Translations under genes and position numbers: made by a program | From: an uncultured Gammaproteobacteria bacterium | GTDB taxonomy: Bacteria; Pseudomonadota; Gammaproteobacteria; Steroidobacterales; MnTg04 | NCBI GenBank assembly: GCA_964568075.1 | Contig: CAZMOM010000002.1 | Coordinates: 32,398-96,397, forward strand | DNA: 64,000 nucleotides | Direction: 5' to 3' | Part shown: piece by piece, positions 1 to 9,466 of the stretch | How positions within the stretch are numbered: the first letter of the stretch is position 1 | How the letters are laid out: the number at the start of each line of letters is the position of its first letter | Notes under the pieces: generated by a model | Database searches by the model: none | What the model was told of the DNA's origin: nothing | What the model saw: only the letters and a program-made list of their open reading frames with translations

Positions 1-237
1 TTGCATGATTTTTATCAGCGCCTGGCCCGGGCTCAAGCTGCGATTGACCTCCTCACCGATGGCACGCTTTTTCACCTGTGACATGAAGTCCCTGACCACA
101 GGAAGGGCGACATCGGCCTCGAGCAGCGCCATCCGAACCTGGCGCAGGCTGTCCTTGATGTTTTCCTCGGTCAACCGGCCGCGGCCGATCAGGTCACGGG
201 TGGTCTGGACGAGTCGCTCATTCAGGCTGGCAAACAT
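1..237 (-). CDS. ffh: Signal recognition particle protein Ffh, N-terminal fragment (gene runs off the window start)
   Basis: Manual minus-strand translation from ATG 237-235 gives MFASLNERLVQTTRDLIGRGRLTEENIKDSLRQVRMALLEADVALPVVRDFMSQVKKRAIGEEV, the conserved Ffh N-domain. It is absent from the ORF track because it is truncated by the window edge. The divergent ffh/ypjD arrangement matches E. coli. Confidence 0.85.
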   Translation of the reverse strand, partial: MFASLNERLVQTTRDLIGRGRLTEENIKDSLRQVRMALLEADVALPVVRDFMSQVKKRAIGEEVNRSLSPGQALIKIMQ

Positions 238-320
238 CAGGCGAAGCCTCTCCACAATGCCGGAAGCAGGCAGTTTAACTGGCGTATGGCGGCGCGCAAG
301 CGCTTCTCATCCCACGCATC

Positions 321-1172
321 GTGTGCGATTATTTATCGGGTCTAAAGGATATCGACACGAATCTTGTGCTAACCGCCACCAGTCTCTTTGCCTATCTCGT
401 TTGTACGCTCCTGCTTTCCGGCAGAATCAGCGACCGAATCCACCGCAGCAGAACTTTCGGTGGTGTCTCCGGAGGCATCGCCTGGCTGCTGCATGGCTGG
501 ATGCTTTATTCGGCGATATTGGCCGCGCCGGGCATGATTTTGAACACCGGATCCGCTTTCTCATTTGTCGGCTGGATGATGGCGGCCATGGGCCTGATTT
601 TCATCGCCAAGCCGACTTTTTCGGGGTTGGCGATAATTCTGCTGGGCATCGGTGGCGTGAGCGTCCTCGCGACCGGGCTGGGCGGGCCTGGTTATAGCAG
701 CCCGGCGATGGACTGGCCTCTGAAGGCGCATATTCTTTTGTCGGCGGGGGCATATGGCCTGCTGAGTGTCGCGGCAGCTCTCGCTGTATTGCTGGCGATC
801 CAGGACAACCGATTACGCAGCCGCAAACCGACAGGCTGGCTAAGGCGTCTGCCGCCAATGGATGCAATGGAAGGCATGATGTTTGGCGCCATAACCATCG
901 GGTTTATCGGCCTGACCCTGGCAGTTTTTAGCGGATTGATCTTTGTCGAAAATTTATTTAGCCAGCACCTGGCCCATAAAACCGTACTTTCGCTGGTCAG
1001 CTGGCTTGTTTTTGGTGTTCTGGCACTGGGACGCTGGCGGTTCGGTTGGCGTGGCAGAATAGCGCTTCTTTGGGTCCTGGGCGGATTCACAATCCTGGCG
1101 CTCGCTTATTTCGGTAGCAAAATCGTACTGGAAGTTTTTTTGCACCGGCAGTGGAGCGTCAGTTTGCTATGA
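321..1172 (+). CDS. ypjD: Cytochrome c assembly family (CcsA/YpjD-like) inner membrane protein
   Basis: The 283-aa ORF is polytopic and hydrophobic. Its C-terminal HKTVLSLVSWLVFGVLALGRWRFGWRG...LAYFGSKIVLE resembles YpjD, and it is divergent from ffh as in E. coli. The start is uncertain: GTG 321 or GTG 366. Confidence 0.65.
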   Translation: MCDYLSGLKDIDTNLVLTATSLFAYLVCTLLLSGRISDRIHRSRTFGGVSGGIAWLLHGWMLYSAILAAPGMILNTGSAFSFVGWMMAAMGLIFIAKPTFSGLAIILLGIGGVSVLATGLGGPGYSSPAMDWPLKAHILLSAGAYGLLSVAAALAVLLAIQDNRLRSRKPTGWLRRLPPMDAMEGMMFGAITIGFIGLTLAVFSGLIFVENLFSQHLAHKTVLSLVSWLVFGVLALGRWRFGWRGRIALLWVLGGFTILALAYFGSKIVLEVFLHRQWSVSLL

Positions 1173-1258
1173 TTTACTGGCTCTAAGGTCTTTTTCTTGA
1201 CGATTCGCCACCAACTGGCCAACATGATCCTGATAAAAATACCGGAGGTGCTCACTCG

Positions 1259-2536
1259 TTGAGCGACGAATTTTCTCTCGGCACTCAGATCGGGATTCTG
1301 ATTGTCCTCTTGACGCTGTCTGCTTTTTTTTCCAGTACAGAAACCGCGTTGATGAGCCTCAATCGGTACCGCCTGCGGCATCGCTCGCGCTCTGGGCATC
1401 GCGGAGCGCAGCTTGCCGAGGCTTTGCTAAAAAGGCCGGATCGCATCATTAGTCTCATTCTGCTCGGTAATAACCTGACCCACATACTCGCGGCCTCGCT
1501 GACGACACTGATCGCTGTTCGCCAGTGGGGAGAACATTCGGTCGCGGTAGCAGCTCTGGTGCTGACTGTGATCATTCTGATTTTCGCCGAGGTCATTCCC
1601 AAGACCGCCGCGGCGATCAACCCGGAAAAAATCGCTTTGCCGGCGGCCTTCATTTACTACCCGTTGCTCAAGATTTTGCACCCGGTTGTATGGCTGTTGA
1701 ACGGTATATCCAATGGCGTGCTCTGGCTGATGGGGGTTCGAGGTCCAGACATTTACCAGCACCACCTGACCAAGGAGGAACTGCGGGTGGTGCTGACCGA
1801 GGCCGGAACGCGTATTCCCAGAAAAAGACAACAGATGATGACTCGTATACTGGATCTTGAAAAGGTCACAGTTGAAGACGTCATGGTACCAAGGGCCGAA
1901 GTCGTTGGTCTGGATCTCGCCCAGAACTGGGAGGATATTCTGCGCCAGATCCAAGACACGCAATACAGCAGGATACCGGTCTTCTCCGACGAGCTGGACA
2001 ATCTGCAGGGCGTTCTGCATTTGCGTTCGGTAATCAGGGACCTGGCGCACGGACGCCTCGAACGGGACGCACTGGCCAGAAGCCTGAGAGAGCCGTACTT
2101 CGTACACGAGGGAACGCCGTTAAACCGGCAATTGTTCCATTTTCAGAATGAGAAGCAACGCTTGGCGCTGGTCGTTGATGAATATGGCGATATTCAAGGG
2201 CTGGTCACTTTGGAGGATATCCTCGAGGAAATCGTCGGTGAATACACCACCGATCCCGCCGACATGGCTCGGGACGTACACCCCCAGAGGGACGGGACAT
2301 TTGTGGTCAATGGTGCCGCCAATGTGCGTGATTTGAATCGACTGATGAATTGGGATTTACCCGTCGATGGCCCGAAAACCCTGAACGGACTGATCGTGAA
2401 TTATCTTGAATCCATCCCGGAACCGGGAACTGGTCTGAAACTGGCCGGCTACCCGATCGAAATCCTGAATGTAGCCGACAACACCGTCAAGACCGTACGC
2501 ATACACCCGCGAAAAAATGCCGAACGGGGCGGCTAG
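1259..2536 (+). CDS. HlyC/CorC family transporter (DUF21/CNNM TM domain, CBS pair, CorC_HlyC domain)
   Basis: The 425-aa ORF starts at TTG with a GGAGGTG Shine-Dalgarno sequence upstream. The N-terminus LSAFFSSTETALMSLNRYRL is typical of DUF21. CBS-like repeats follow, then a C-terminal transporter-associated domain. Its position after ypjD matches E. coli yfjD. Confidence 0.85.
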   Translation: MSDEFSLGTQIGILIVLLTLSAFFSSTETALMSLNRYRLRHRSRSGHRGAQLAEALLKRPDRIISLILLGNNLTHILAASLTTLIAVRQWGEHSVAVAALVLTVIILIFAEVIPKTAAAINPEKIALPAAFIYYPLLKILHPVVWLLNGISNGVLWLMGVRGPDIYQHHLTKEELRVVLTEAGTRIPRKRQQMMTRILDLEKVTVEDVMVPRAEVVGLDLAQNWEDILRQIQDTQYSRIPVFSDELDNLQGVLHLRSVIRDLAHGRLERDALARSLREPYFVHEGTPLNRQLFHFQNEKQRLALVVDEYGDIQGLVTLEDILEEIVGEYTTDPADMARDVHPQRDGTFVVNGAANVRDLNRLMNWDLPVDGPKTLNGLIVNYLESIPEPGTGLKLAGYPIEILNVADNTVKTVRIHPRKNAERGG

Positions 2537-2709
2537 CCAGCGTGTCAAGAAGGACCTCCGGTCAGTATTGCGCCACGCTTCTTTTCGTCTCAATTCGGGC
2601 AAAGTGGTGGGTAGGACAGCGTCCCAGGTGAGCTCGAGGTCACTTTCCACTTTGTGGAGCTGTCTGCCGAAGCGGTCTTTTCCGCAAAGCTTCACAAACC
2701 ATGCTTGAA

Positions 2710-4071
2710 CTATGTCGTGTCGAGAAAAGCCGCCTTGATAGCCTGCGATAAGCGGCTGACCGGCACAATTTCGATACCGCCGAGCGGTTTTTTCGGCGCG
2801 TTCCTTGGCGAAACCAGCGCCCTGCGAAATCCGTGCTTTGCCGCCTCGGCCAGACGCTCTTCACCATAGGCGACGGGACGAACCTCACCGGCAAGACCGA
2901 CTTCGCCGAAACACACCAGATTCGAAGGTAACGGGCGGTCCCGGATACTGGATACGCAAGCCATCAGCACGGCAAGATCGGCCGCCGTATCGGCCACGCG
3001 CACGCCACCGACTACGTTGACAAAAACATCCTGGTCGGCGGCCGATATCCCTCCGTGGCGGTGCAACACCGCAAGGAGCAAGGCCAGGCGATTATGCTCC
3101 AGCCCGACACTGACCCTGCGCGGGTAGTTGCCCTGGCAGATGTCGACGAGAGACTGAATCTCAAGCAGCAGCGGCCGGCTGCCCTCCCGAGCAACCATGA
3201 CCACGCTGCCTGAAACCGGATCATCATGCCGCGAGACGAACATGGCGGACGGATCCAGGACTTCCTTCAATCCATCCGCGCCCATCGCGAAGACGCCCAG
3301 TTCATTGGCCGTGCCAAAGCGGTTCTTGACGGCCCGAATCAGCCGAAACCGGCTGCCAGGTTCATTTTCGAAATAAAGGACAGCGTCTACCATGTGTTCG
3401 AGCACGCGTGGCCCCGCAATATTGCCTTCTTTCGTCACGTGGCCAACGAGAAAAATAGCGCACCCGGATTGCTTCGCATAACGAACCAGCTGCGCACAAC
3501 AATCGCGTAACTGGGCAACCGATCCAGGAGTTGACTGCAATTCGTCGGAGACGAGTGTTTGAATCGAATCAACCACCAGCGCCCCGGGTTTTGAGCGCGC
3601 CGCGTGGGCCAGAACATTTTCCAGACTGGTATCCGCCAGAAGAGTCATTTCGCTGTGTTGCAGCCGCAGTCTTCTCGCCCTTATCCCCACCTGGCGCACC
3701 GATTCCTCGCCGGTCACATAAAGACAGGGAATTTCGGCGCTCAGGCCAGCCATCATTTGCAGCAGTAACGTGGACTTGCCGATCCCCGGATCGCCACCGA
3801 TCAGTGTTACCGACCCTTTGACAACGCCTCCGCCCAACACCCGATCGAATTCCTGCATTCCTGTCGCGATACGCTCCTCGTCTTCCGCTGCGGAATCGGT
3901 GAGCTTTTCCAGTCCGACATCGCCGGAATAGCCGGGAAGACGCGAAACCTTGGCAACTGCAGTCGCCTCGTCCAGTGAATTCCACGCCCCGCAATCGGGG
4001 CACTGACCCGCCCATTTCGGACTTTGCCCTCCGCAGGCGTTGCATACATAAACCGAACGCGTCTTCGCCAT
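2710..4071 (-). CDS. radA: DNA repair protein RadA/Sms
   Basis: The protein starts MAKTRSVYVCNACGGQSPKWAGQCPDCGAWNS (zinc ribbon). It has Walker A GDPGIGKST, a KNRFG motif and a Lon-like C-terminus. The ORF track extends to 4164, but the conserved start is ATG 4071. Confidence 0.95.
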   Translation of the reverse strand: MAKTRSVYVCNACGGQSPKWAGQCPDCGAWNSLDEATAVAKVSRLPGYSGDVGLEKLTDSAAEDEERIATGMQEFDRVLGGGVVKGSVTLIGGDPGIGKSTLLLQMMAGLSAEIPCLYVTGEESVRQVGIRARRLRLQHSEMTLLADTSLENVLAHAARSKPGALVVDSIQTLVSDELQSTPGSVAQLRDCCAQLVRYAKQSGCAIFLVGHVTKEGNIAGPRVLEHMVDAVLYFENEPGSRFRLIRAVKNRFGTANELGVFAMGADGLKEVLDPSAMFVSRHDDPVSGSVVMVAREGSRPLLLEIQSLVDICQGNYPRRVSVGLEHNRLALLLAVLHRHGGISAADQDVFVNVVGGVRVADTAADLAVLMACVSSIRDRPLPSNLVCFGEVGLAGEVRPVAYGEERLAEAAKHGFRRALVSPRNAPKKPLGGIEIVPVSRLSQAIKAAFLDTT

Positions 4072-4187
4072 TTCTGGCTCCGCCTTTGAACTGACGCGGA
4101 TATTAGCATGTGCCAGGAATACCGCCGGGAGTCGAAAATAGGCAAAAAGCTGCTTATACTTCATGCGACTTGGCCGTAAGGGACGCC

Positions 4188-6746
4188 ATGCCGGGACAAA
4201 ATGGAAAGTACTGGTCTGCGAACTGGACGACCGGATTCGGATTTACCGCTATTTTTTGTCTGTTCGCCTATTGGCTGGCGACCGGATTTTTCTATGCGCT
4301 GGAAGCGTATATCTATGACCGTGGCATTTTGCTGACCCAGGCGGAGTCCAGCGACCGGATCGCAGTCATCGCAATTGATGATCGAAGCATTCAGAACATC
4401 GGTCGCTGGCCATGGTCACGAAATATTATTGCCAGCCTTCTGGATCAACTCGCCGAGGCAAACACGCGGGTTATCGCCAGCACCATCCTGATGTCGGAAC
4501 CACAGCTTGACCCGGGCCTCGAGCAACTTGCCCAGCTGCGCAATCTGATCGGCGAACTCGAATCTTCGGACCAGGTCGGCGGCGGCAACGCCGACCTCGG
4601 CATCGCCCTCGAAGCACTGCGGGCCAGGCTCGATAAAAGTATCGAGGCGATCGACTATGACCGGCAACTCGTAGACAGCGTCCGCAGGGCCGGAAACATC
4701 ATTTTACCGATAGAGTTTCGCCTGGGAATGGCGCTCGGAAATCCGGACAACCCGCCCCCGGACTACGTTAGCAAAAACCAGCTATCAGAAATTGGCGCGG
4801 GTGCAAAACAGCAAGCTGGATTGCCGGCCAACGCGATGTCGCCTCCGATTGCAGAACTCGGTGAGGCCGCAATGGCGCTCGGGCACCTGAACCTGAATCT
4901 TGACCGGGACGGAAAGCTGCGCTCAGAGTTACTGGTATTGAATTACTTCGGGCAATTATATCCGTCGTTGGCACTCAGTATTGCCGCGAAAAGCCTGAAC
5001 ATGGACCACCGCGACATACGGGTACACGCCGACGGCGGCGTCAGCCTCGGAGGACTGTTTATTGGAACCCTGCCGGATTACAGCATGCTGAATTTTTTTT
5101 ATCCGGACAGGGGTTCACGGGCGGCATTCAGTGTCGATTCATTCTATGACGTCTGGACCGGCGTTATCCCGGCCGATAAATTCAAAGGCAAGATCGTGCT
5201 GATCGGACCGACGGCGACCGGAATCGGTGACTTTCAGTCGACTCCCATCGATGCCAGCACCGCGCCAATCCTGATACTTGCGCACACCGTGTCCAGTATT
5301 TTGCAGCAAAATTTCGTGGTTCGGCCGGACTGGGCCTGGGTTCTGGAATTCAGCGCGATCGCATTGATCGCACTTTATCTGGGCATGGTTTTACCACGCC
5401 TGCGAGCGGGAGCGGGTGCGTTGATCAGTTTATTGCTCGTCATGATCCTGATGGCCACCGAATACAGTTTGCTCGTGCTCGATGCAGAGTGGTTGCGCCT
5501 GGGAAGTCCCGCCCTGCTGATCATCAGCGGGCATCTCGTCATGACCGTGCGCAGTTTCCGGATAACGGAACGTCTTAGATTCAGGGCCGACGCCGAAGGC
5601 GCTGAAAGTAACAAGATGCTGGGCCTGGCTTTTCAGGGTCAGGGCCAGCTGGATATGGCATTCGAAAAATTCCGCCGCTGCCCGCACGACGATTCGATGA
5701 TGGACCTGCTGTACAACCTCGGGCTGGATTTTGAGCGCAAAAGACAATTCAATAAGGCGGGCGCGGTATATGGCCATATGGCCTCGCACGATATCGAATT
5801 CCGCGATATCCGGGAGCGAATGCAGCGCTCACAACAACTCGAGGAGACGATGATTTTCGGGGCGGGAAAATCCGCCGCCCGGGACTCATTGCTGATCGAG
5901 GGATCCGGTATTCAAAAACCGGTCCTGGGTCGCTATGAGATCGAAAAGGAAATAGGCAAAGGTGCCATGGGCGTCGTTTACCTGGGTCGTGACCCAAAGA
6001 TCAACCGGGTGGTTGCCATCAAAACGATTCCACTTGCGGATGAATTCGGGGAAGACGAGATAGACAGCGCCAAAGAAAGATTCTTCCGCGAAGCTGAAAC
6101 CGCTGGTCGCCTCAACCATCCGGATATTGTGACCGTTTACGATGCGGGTGAAGAACATGATCTCGCCTATATCGCGATGGAGTTCCTGGAGGGCGAGCAC
6201 TTAAATAAGTACACGGCACCAGAAAATTTGTTGCCGGTGGACACGGTACTGCGGATCATTTCCAGGGCGGCCGACGCACTGCATTATGCGCATGAACAAA
6301 ATGTCGTCCATCGTGATATAAAACCGGCCAATATCATCTATCTTGCGGAGAAAGACGAGCTGAAGATTACTGATTTTGGGATTGCCCGACTGACCGACTC
6401 ACATACGACCAAGACCGGCATTGTTCTGGGAACTCCGTCCTATATGTCGCCGGAACAGCTTGAAGGAAAAAATGTGACTGGTGCCTCGGACTTGTTTTCA
6501 CTTGGTGTTACGCTTTATCAGTTATTAACCGGCCAACTGCCATTTCAATCGGATTCTATGACTGGACTAATGTACAAGATTGCGAGCGCTGACCACTCAC
6601 CCGTTAGAACATATCGGCCGGAGTTACCCCAGTGCCTGGAAGATATCATCAGCCGCGCCCTGCAAAAGGAGACGGACCAGCGATTTGAAAACGGTGCCGC
6701 GATGGCCTCGGCCTTGCGTCAGTGCCAGGAGCAGTTGGGGGATTAG
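4188..6746 (+). CDS. CHASE2 sensor domain-containing serine/threonine protein kinase (Hanks type)
   Basis: The ORF spans 4110-6746 and the likely start is ATG 4188. An N-terminal TM is followed by a roughly 350-aa periplasmic CHASE2-like region and three TM helices. A TPR-like linker leads to a C-terminal kinase with VAIK, HRDIKPANI, DFGIARL and YMSPEQ motifs. Confidence 0.8.
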   Translation: MPGQNGKYWSANWTTGFGFTAIFCLFAYWLATGFFYALEAYIYDRGILLTQAESSDRIAVIAIDDRSIQNIGRWPWSRNIIASLLDQLAEANTRVIASTILMSEPQLDPGLEQLAQLRNLIGELESSDQVGGGNADLGIALEALRARLDKSIEAIDYDRQLVDSVRRAGNIILPIEFRLGMALGNPDNPPPDYVSKNQLSEIGAGAKQQAGLPANAMSPPIAELGEAAMALGHLNLNLDRDGKLRSELLVLNYFGQLYPSLALSIAAKSLNMDHRDIRVHADGGVSLGGLFIGTLPDYSMLNFFYPDRGSRAAFSVDSFYDVWTGVIPADKFKGKIVLIGPTATGIGDFQSTPIDASTAPILILAHTVSSILQQNFVVRPDWAWVLEFSAIALIALYLGMVLPRLRAGAGALISLLLVMILMATEYSLLVLDAEWLRLGSPALLIISGHLVMTVRSFRITERLRFRADAEGAESNKMLGLAFQGQGQLDMAFEKFRRCPHDDSMMDLLYNLGLDFERKRQFNKAGAVYGHMASHDIEFRDIRERMQRSQQLEETMIFGAGKSAARDSLLIEGSGIQKPVLGRYEIEKEIGKGAMGVVYLGRDPKINRVVAIKTIPLADEFGEDEIDSAKERFFREAETAGRLNHPDIVTVYDAGEEHDLAYIAMEFLEGEHLNKYTAPENLLPVDTVLRIISRAADALHYAHEQNVVHRDIKPANIIYLAEKDELKITDFGIARLTDSHTTKTGIVLGTPSYMSPEQLEGKNVTGASDLFSLGVTLYQLLTGQLPFQSDSMTGLMYKIASADHSPVRTYRPELPQCLEDIISRALQKETDQRFENGAAMASALRQCQEQLGD

Positions 6747-6748
6747 TT

Positions 6749-7582
6749 TTGGCACGCACGAAATTGGAAGACAAAATTCAGCACCTGGCAATCACTGATG
6801 TGGGCCGGGTTCGTGATCACAATGAAGACGCCATTGGTACAGACATGTCAGTGGGACTTTTAGTGCTTGCCGACGGCATGGGTGGTTATAATGCGGGAGA
6901 AGTGGCCAGCGGAATTGCGGTCAAAACGATTCTTGACCAGGTTCACGCGAGTATGGATAGTCTGGACCGGGGCGCGGTGGACTCGGAAACCGGCCTGATG
7001 CGCCAATCTATCGTATTGCGAGACGCCATTTCACGCGCCAACAAGATTATTAATCAGACCTCGGAAAGTCAGCCCCAATGCGAAGGAATGGGCACGACGA
7101 TTGTCGCGGCGCTATTTTACGACAATCGTGTTTCGATCGCCCACGTAGGCGACTCGAGGCTATACCGGCTCAGAAATGAGCGGTTTGAACAGATTACGAT
7201 GGATCATTCCCTTTTGCAGGAACTGGTCGATCGCGGATTTTACTCTGAAGATGAGGCGCAAAGATCGACCAACCGGAACTATGTGACCCGGGCGTTGGGT
7301 GTCGAGCAAAAGGTCGAAGTGGAGGTCCAGGAGGCGAAAGTCATGCCTGACGACTATTATATGCTCTGCTCGGACGGCCTTTCCGACATGGTCGAAGACG
7401 AAGATATTCACTTAACTATCAGCACTTTTAGTGCTAATCTTGACACAGTGGGTAAACAATTGGTCCAGCTCAGCAACGACAATGGCGGGCGGGATAACAT
7501 ATCTGTGATTGTTGCACACACAATGGAATGGTTCCCCGCCAAAACAGGGATGATGGATCGGATTAAGGGAATGTTCTCCTAA
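6749..7582 (+). CDS. PP2C-family serine/threonine phosphatase (Stp1/PppA-like)
   Basis: Motifs present are RVRDHNEDA, LADGMGGYNAGEVAS, GTTIV, AHVGDSRLY, CSDGLSD and GGRDNISVIV. The ORF opens at 6722 and overlaps the kinase stop. An in-frame TTG at 6749 sits just after that stop, so the exact start is uncertain. Confidence 0.85.
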   Translation: MARTKLEDKIQHLAITDVGRVRDHNEDAIGTDMSVGLLVLADGMGGYNAGEVASGIAVKTILDQVHASMDSLDRGAVDSETGLMRQSIVLRDAISRANKIINQTSESQPQCEGMGTTIVAALFYDNRVSIAHVGDSRLYRLRNERFEQITMDHSLLQELVDRGFYSEDEAQRSTNRNYVTRALGVEQKVEVEVQEAKVMPDDYYMLCSDGLSDMVEDEDIHLTISTFSANLDTVGKQLVQLSNDNGGRDNISVIVAHTMEWFPAKTGMMDRIKGMFS

Positions 7583-7616
7583 GCCGGTTTTATTGAGGAA
7601 TGACTCGAGGGACATA

Positions 7617-8378
7617 ATGGCGCGTTTGATTCTCAGCCTCGACGGGCAGGTGCTGGCCGAGTACAACATGACCAAAGAGCGGTATACCATCGGCCGGCTC
7701 CCGGACAACGATGTCCGTATCGATAATGCAGCTGTCAGCGGACATCATTCGCTGATCATCAACATTCTCAACGATTCATTCCTTGAAGATCTGAATAGCA
7801 CCAATGGAACCTACGTCAATGGCAAGCTGATCAAAAAGCATGCGCTTCAACATGACGACGTGATTACTGTCGGTCATCACCAGCTCAAGTTTGGCGATGA
7901 TGAGAGTGCGGAGCCAGACCTGGACGATTTCGAAAAAACCATGGTTATTCATCCCAGCTCGCAGAGCGAAGACGTCATTCGCAATGTCAATGTGGCTGTC
8001 GATGAGGCTGTCGGTGAAGTTGCAGGGGCAGCGCCTGCCGCCCGGGCAGATTCTGTAGAGGATCACACCAGCACCGTCGTCACGACTGGTGCGGCACCTT
8101 CGGCCGCCCTACCAAAAGCCAAAATTCAGGTGCTGAGCGGGCAATTCGCCGGACGCGAAATGGAACTGACCAAGGCCTTGACGACCCTTGGCCGCCCAGG
8201 AATCCAGGTGGCGGCGATCACGCGCAGGGCCGAAGGGTATTTCATCGTCAACGTGGACCCGGGCACCAAGGGGCACCCGAAAGTAAACGAGGAATCCATT
8301 GGGCCGCAGGCGCGTCAACTCAACGACAATGACGTTATCGAGCTGGCAGGCGTAAAGATGGGATTCTTTATCGACTAG
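7617..8378 (+). CDS. Tandem FHA domain protein
   Basis: The N-terminal FHA domain is canonical (YTIGRLPDNDVRIDNAAVSGHHSLI...NSTNGTYVNGKLI...DDVITVGHHQLKF). A low-complexity linker follows, then a second, more divergent FHA-like domain (LTTLGRPG...NDNDVIELAGVKMGF). The start is taken as ATG 7617. Confidence 0.8.
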   Translation: MARLILSLDGQVLAEYNMTKERYTIGRLPDNDVRIDNAAVSGHHSLIINILNDSFLEDLNSTNGTYVNGKLIKKHALQHDDVITVGHHQLKFGDDESAEPDLDDFEKTMVIHPSSQSEDVIRNVNVAVDEAVGEVAGAAPAARADSVEDHTSTVVTTGAAPSAALPKAKIQVLSGQFAGREMELTKALTTLGRPGIQVAAITRRAEGYFIVNVDPGTKGHPKVNEESIGPQARQLNDNDVIELAGVKMGFFID

Positions 8379-8392
8379 GCCCGCGCCCGGGA

Positions 8393-9466
8393 TCAATCAG
8401 ACCACTGCCTGCGAACACGCTGGGAAACCCCGCACAATAATTCATAGGCAACTGTATTCGCGGCCGCCGCGATACGCTCCACCGGCAGTTGATCCCCCCA
8501 CAGGATGACCTCGTCACCAGGACCGGCTGAGCTGCCGACACCGAGGTCAATCGCGATCAAATCCATCGATACACGTCCCACGAGAGCCGCTTCGGCCCCA
8601 TTCACCAGGACCGGAGTTCCATCTGGCAATGCCCACGGGTAGCCATCGCCATAACCGCAGGCGGCGATACCGATCACCGTCGATCCGGTCGCCTGCCAGC
8701 GTCGGCCATAACCGACTGTCTGCGCCGCGGTTAACGTCCTGGTGGCGACCAGGCTGGTCGAAAATTGCATTGCCGGCCGCAGTCCCAGTTCCAGCCCGGT
8801 TTTCCCCCTCAGCGACGATACGCCGTAGAGGCTGATACCGGGCCTCACCCAATCGAAGTGACTGTCGGGAATACCCAGTATCGCAGCCGAATTGGCGATG
8901 CTGCGTTCCGCGGGTATCTCCCGCGTTGAGTCCAGGAATTGCTTCAACTGCAGCGATGTAAATTCTGAATCAGAAGTCTCCGCATCCGCGAAATGACTCA
9001 TCAGACGAACCGGTTTTCTGACCGAAACCAGATCTTGCAGCCTTTGAAACGCAGCGGGAAAATCCCGGGGCGTGAACCCAAGCCTGTTCATCCCGGTATT
9101 CAGTTTCAGCCAGATTGCAACCTGGACATCCGGGGATTGTTCGAGAAGCTCCAGCTGGTTCGCGGAATGAACGACCAGTTCGAGTCGATGCTGGTGCGCG
9201 AGCCGTAAATTCTCCGCTGTCTGCACGCCCTGCAACAGGATGATCGCGGACTCGATGCCGGCATCCCGCAAGTGGATCCCCTCCTGAATCCTGGCGACTG
9301 CAAAACTGTCTGCTTCGTCCAGAGCCCGCGCCACGGGAATAATCCCATGGCCGTAGGCGTTCGCTTTGATCACTGCCATGATCTTGCTGGACGGCGCTAT
9401 TTTTCTTATTTGACGGAGGTTGTGGCGAATAGCTCCGGTATCAATCCGGGCCGTTGGCGAACTCAC
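8393..9466 (-). CDS. alr: Alanine racemase
   Basis: The 357-aa protein carries the PLP-lysine motif AVIKANAYGHG. The gene lies immediately downstream of dnaB, overlapping it by 4 nt, as in E. coli. Confidence 0.9.
   Translation of the reverse strand: MSSPTARIDTGAIRHNLRQIRKIAPSSKIMAVIKANAYGHGIIPVARALDEADSFAVARIQEGIHLRDAGIESAIILLQGVQTAENLRLAHQHRLELVVHSANQLELLEQSPDVQVAIWLKLNTGMNRLGFTPRDFPAAFQRLQDLVSVRKPVRLMSHFADAETSDSEFTSLQLKQFLDSTREIPAERSIANSAAILGIPDSHFDWVRPGISLYGVSSLRGKTGLELGLRPAMQFSTSLVATRTLTAAQTVGYGRRWQATGSTVIGIAACGYGDGYPWALPDGTPVLVNGAEAALVGRVSMDLIAIDLGVGSSAGPGDEVILWGDQLPVERIAAAANTVAYELLCGVSQRVRRQWSD

Noticed and set aside
5-697. 230-aa plus-strand ORF at the window start
   Set aside because: It is antisense to the clearly recognisable ffh N-terminus (1-237). 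It is also out of frame across the ypjD-like gene, and its composition is Arg/Ser-rich. It is a shadow ORF.
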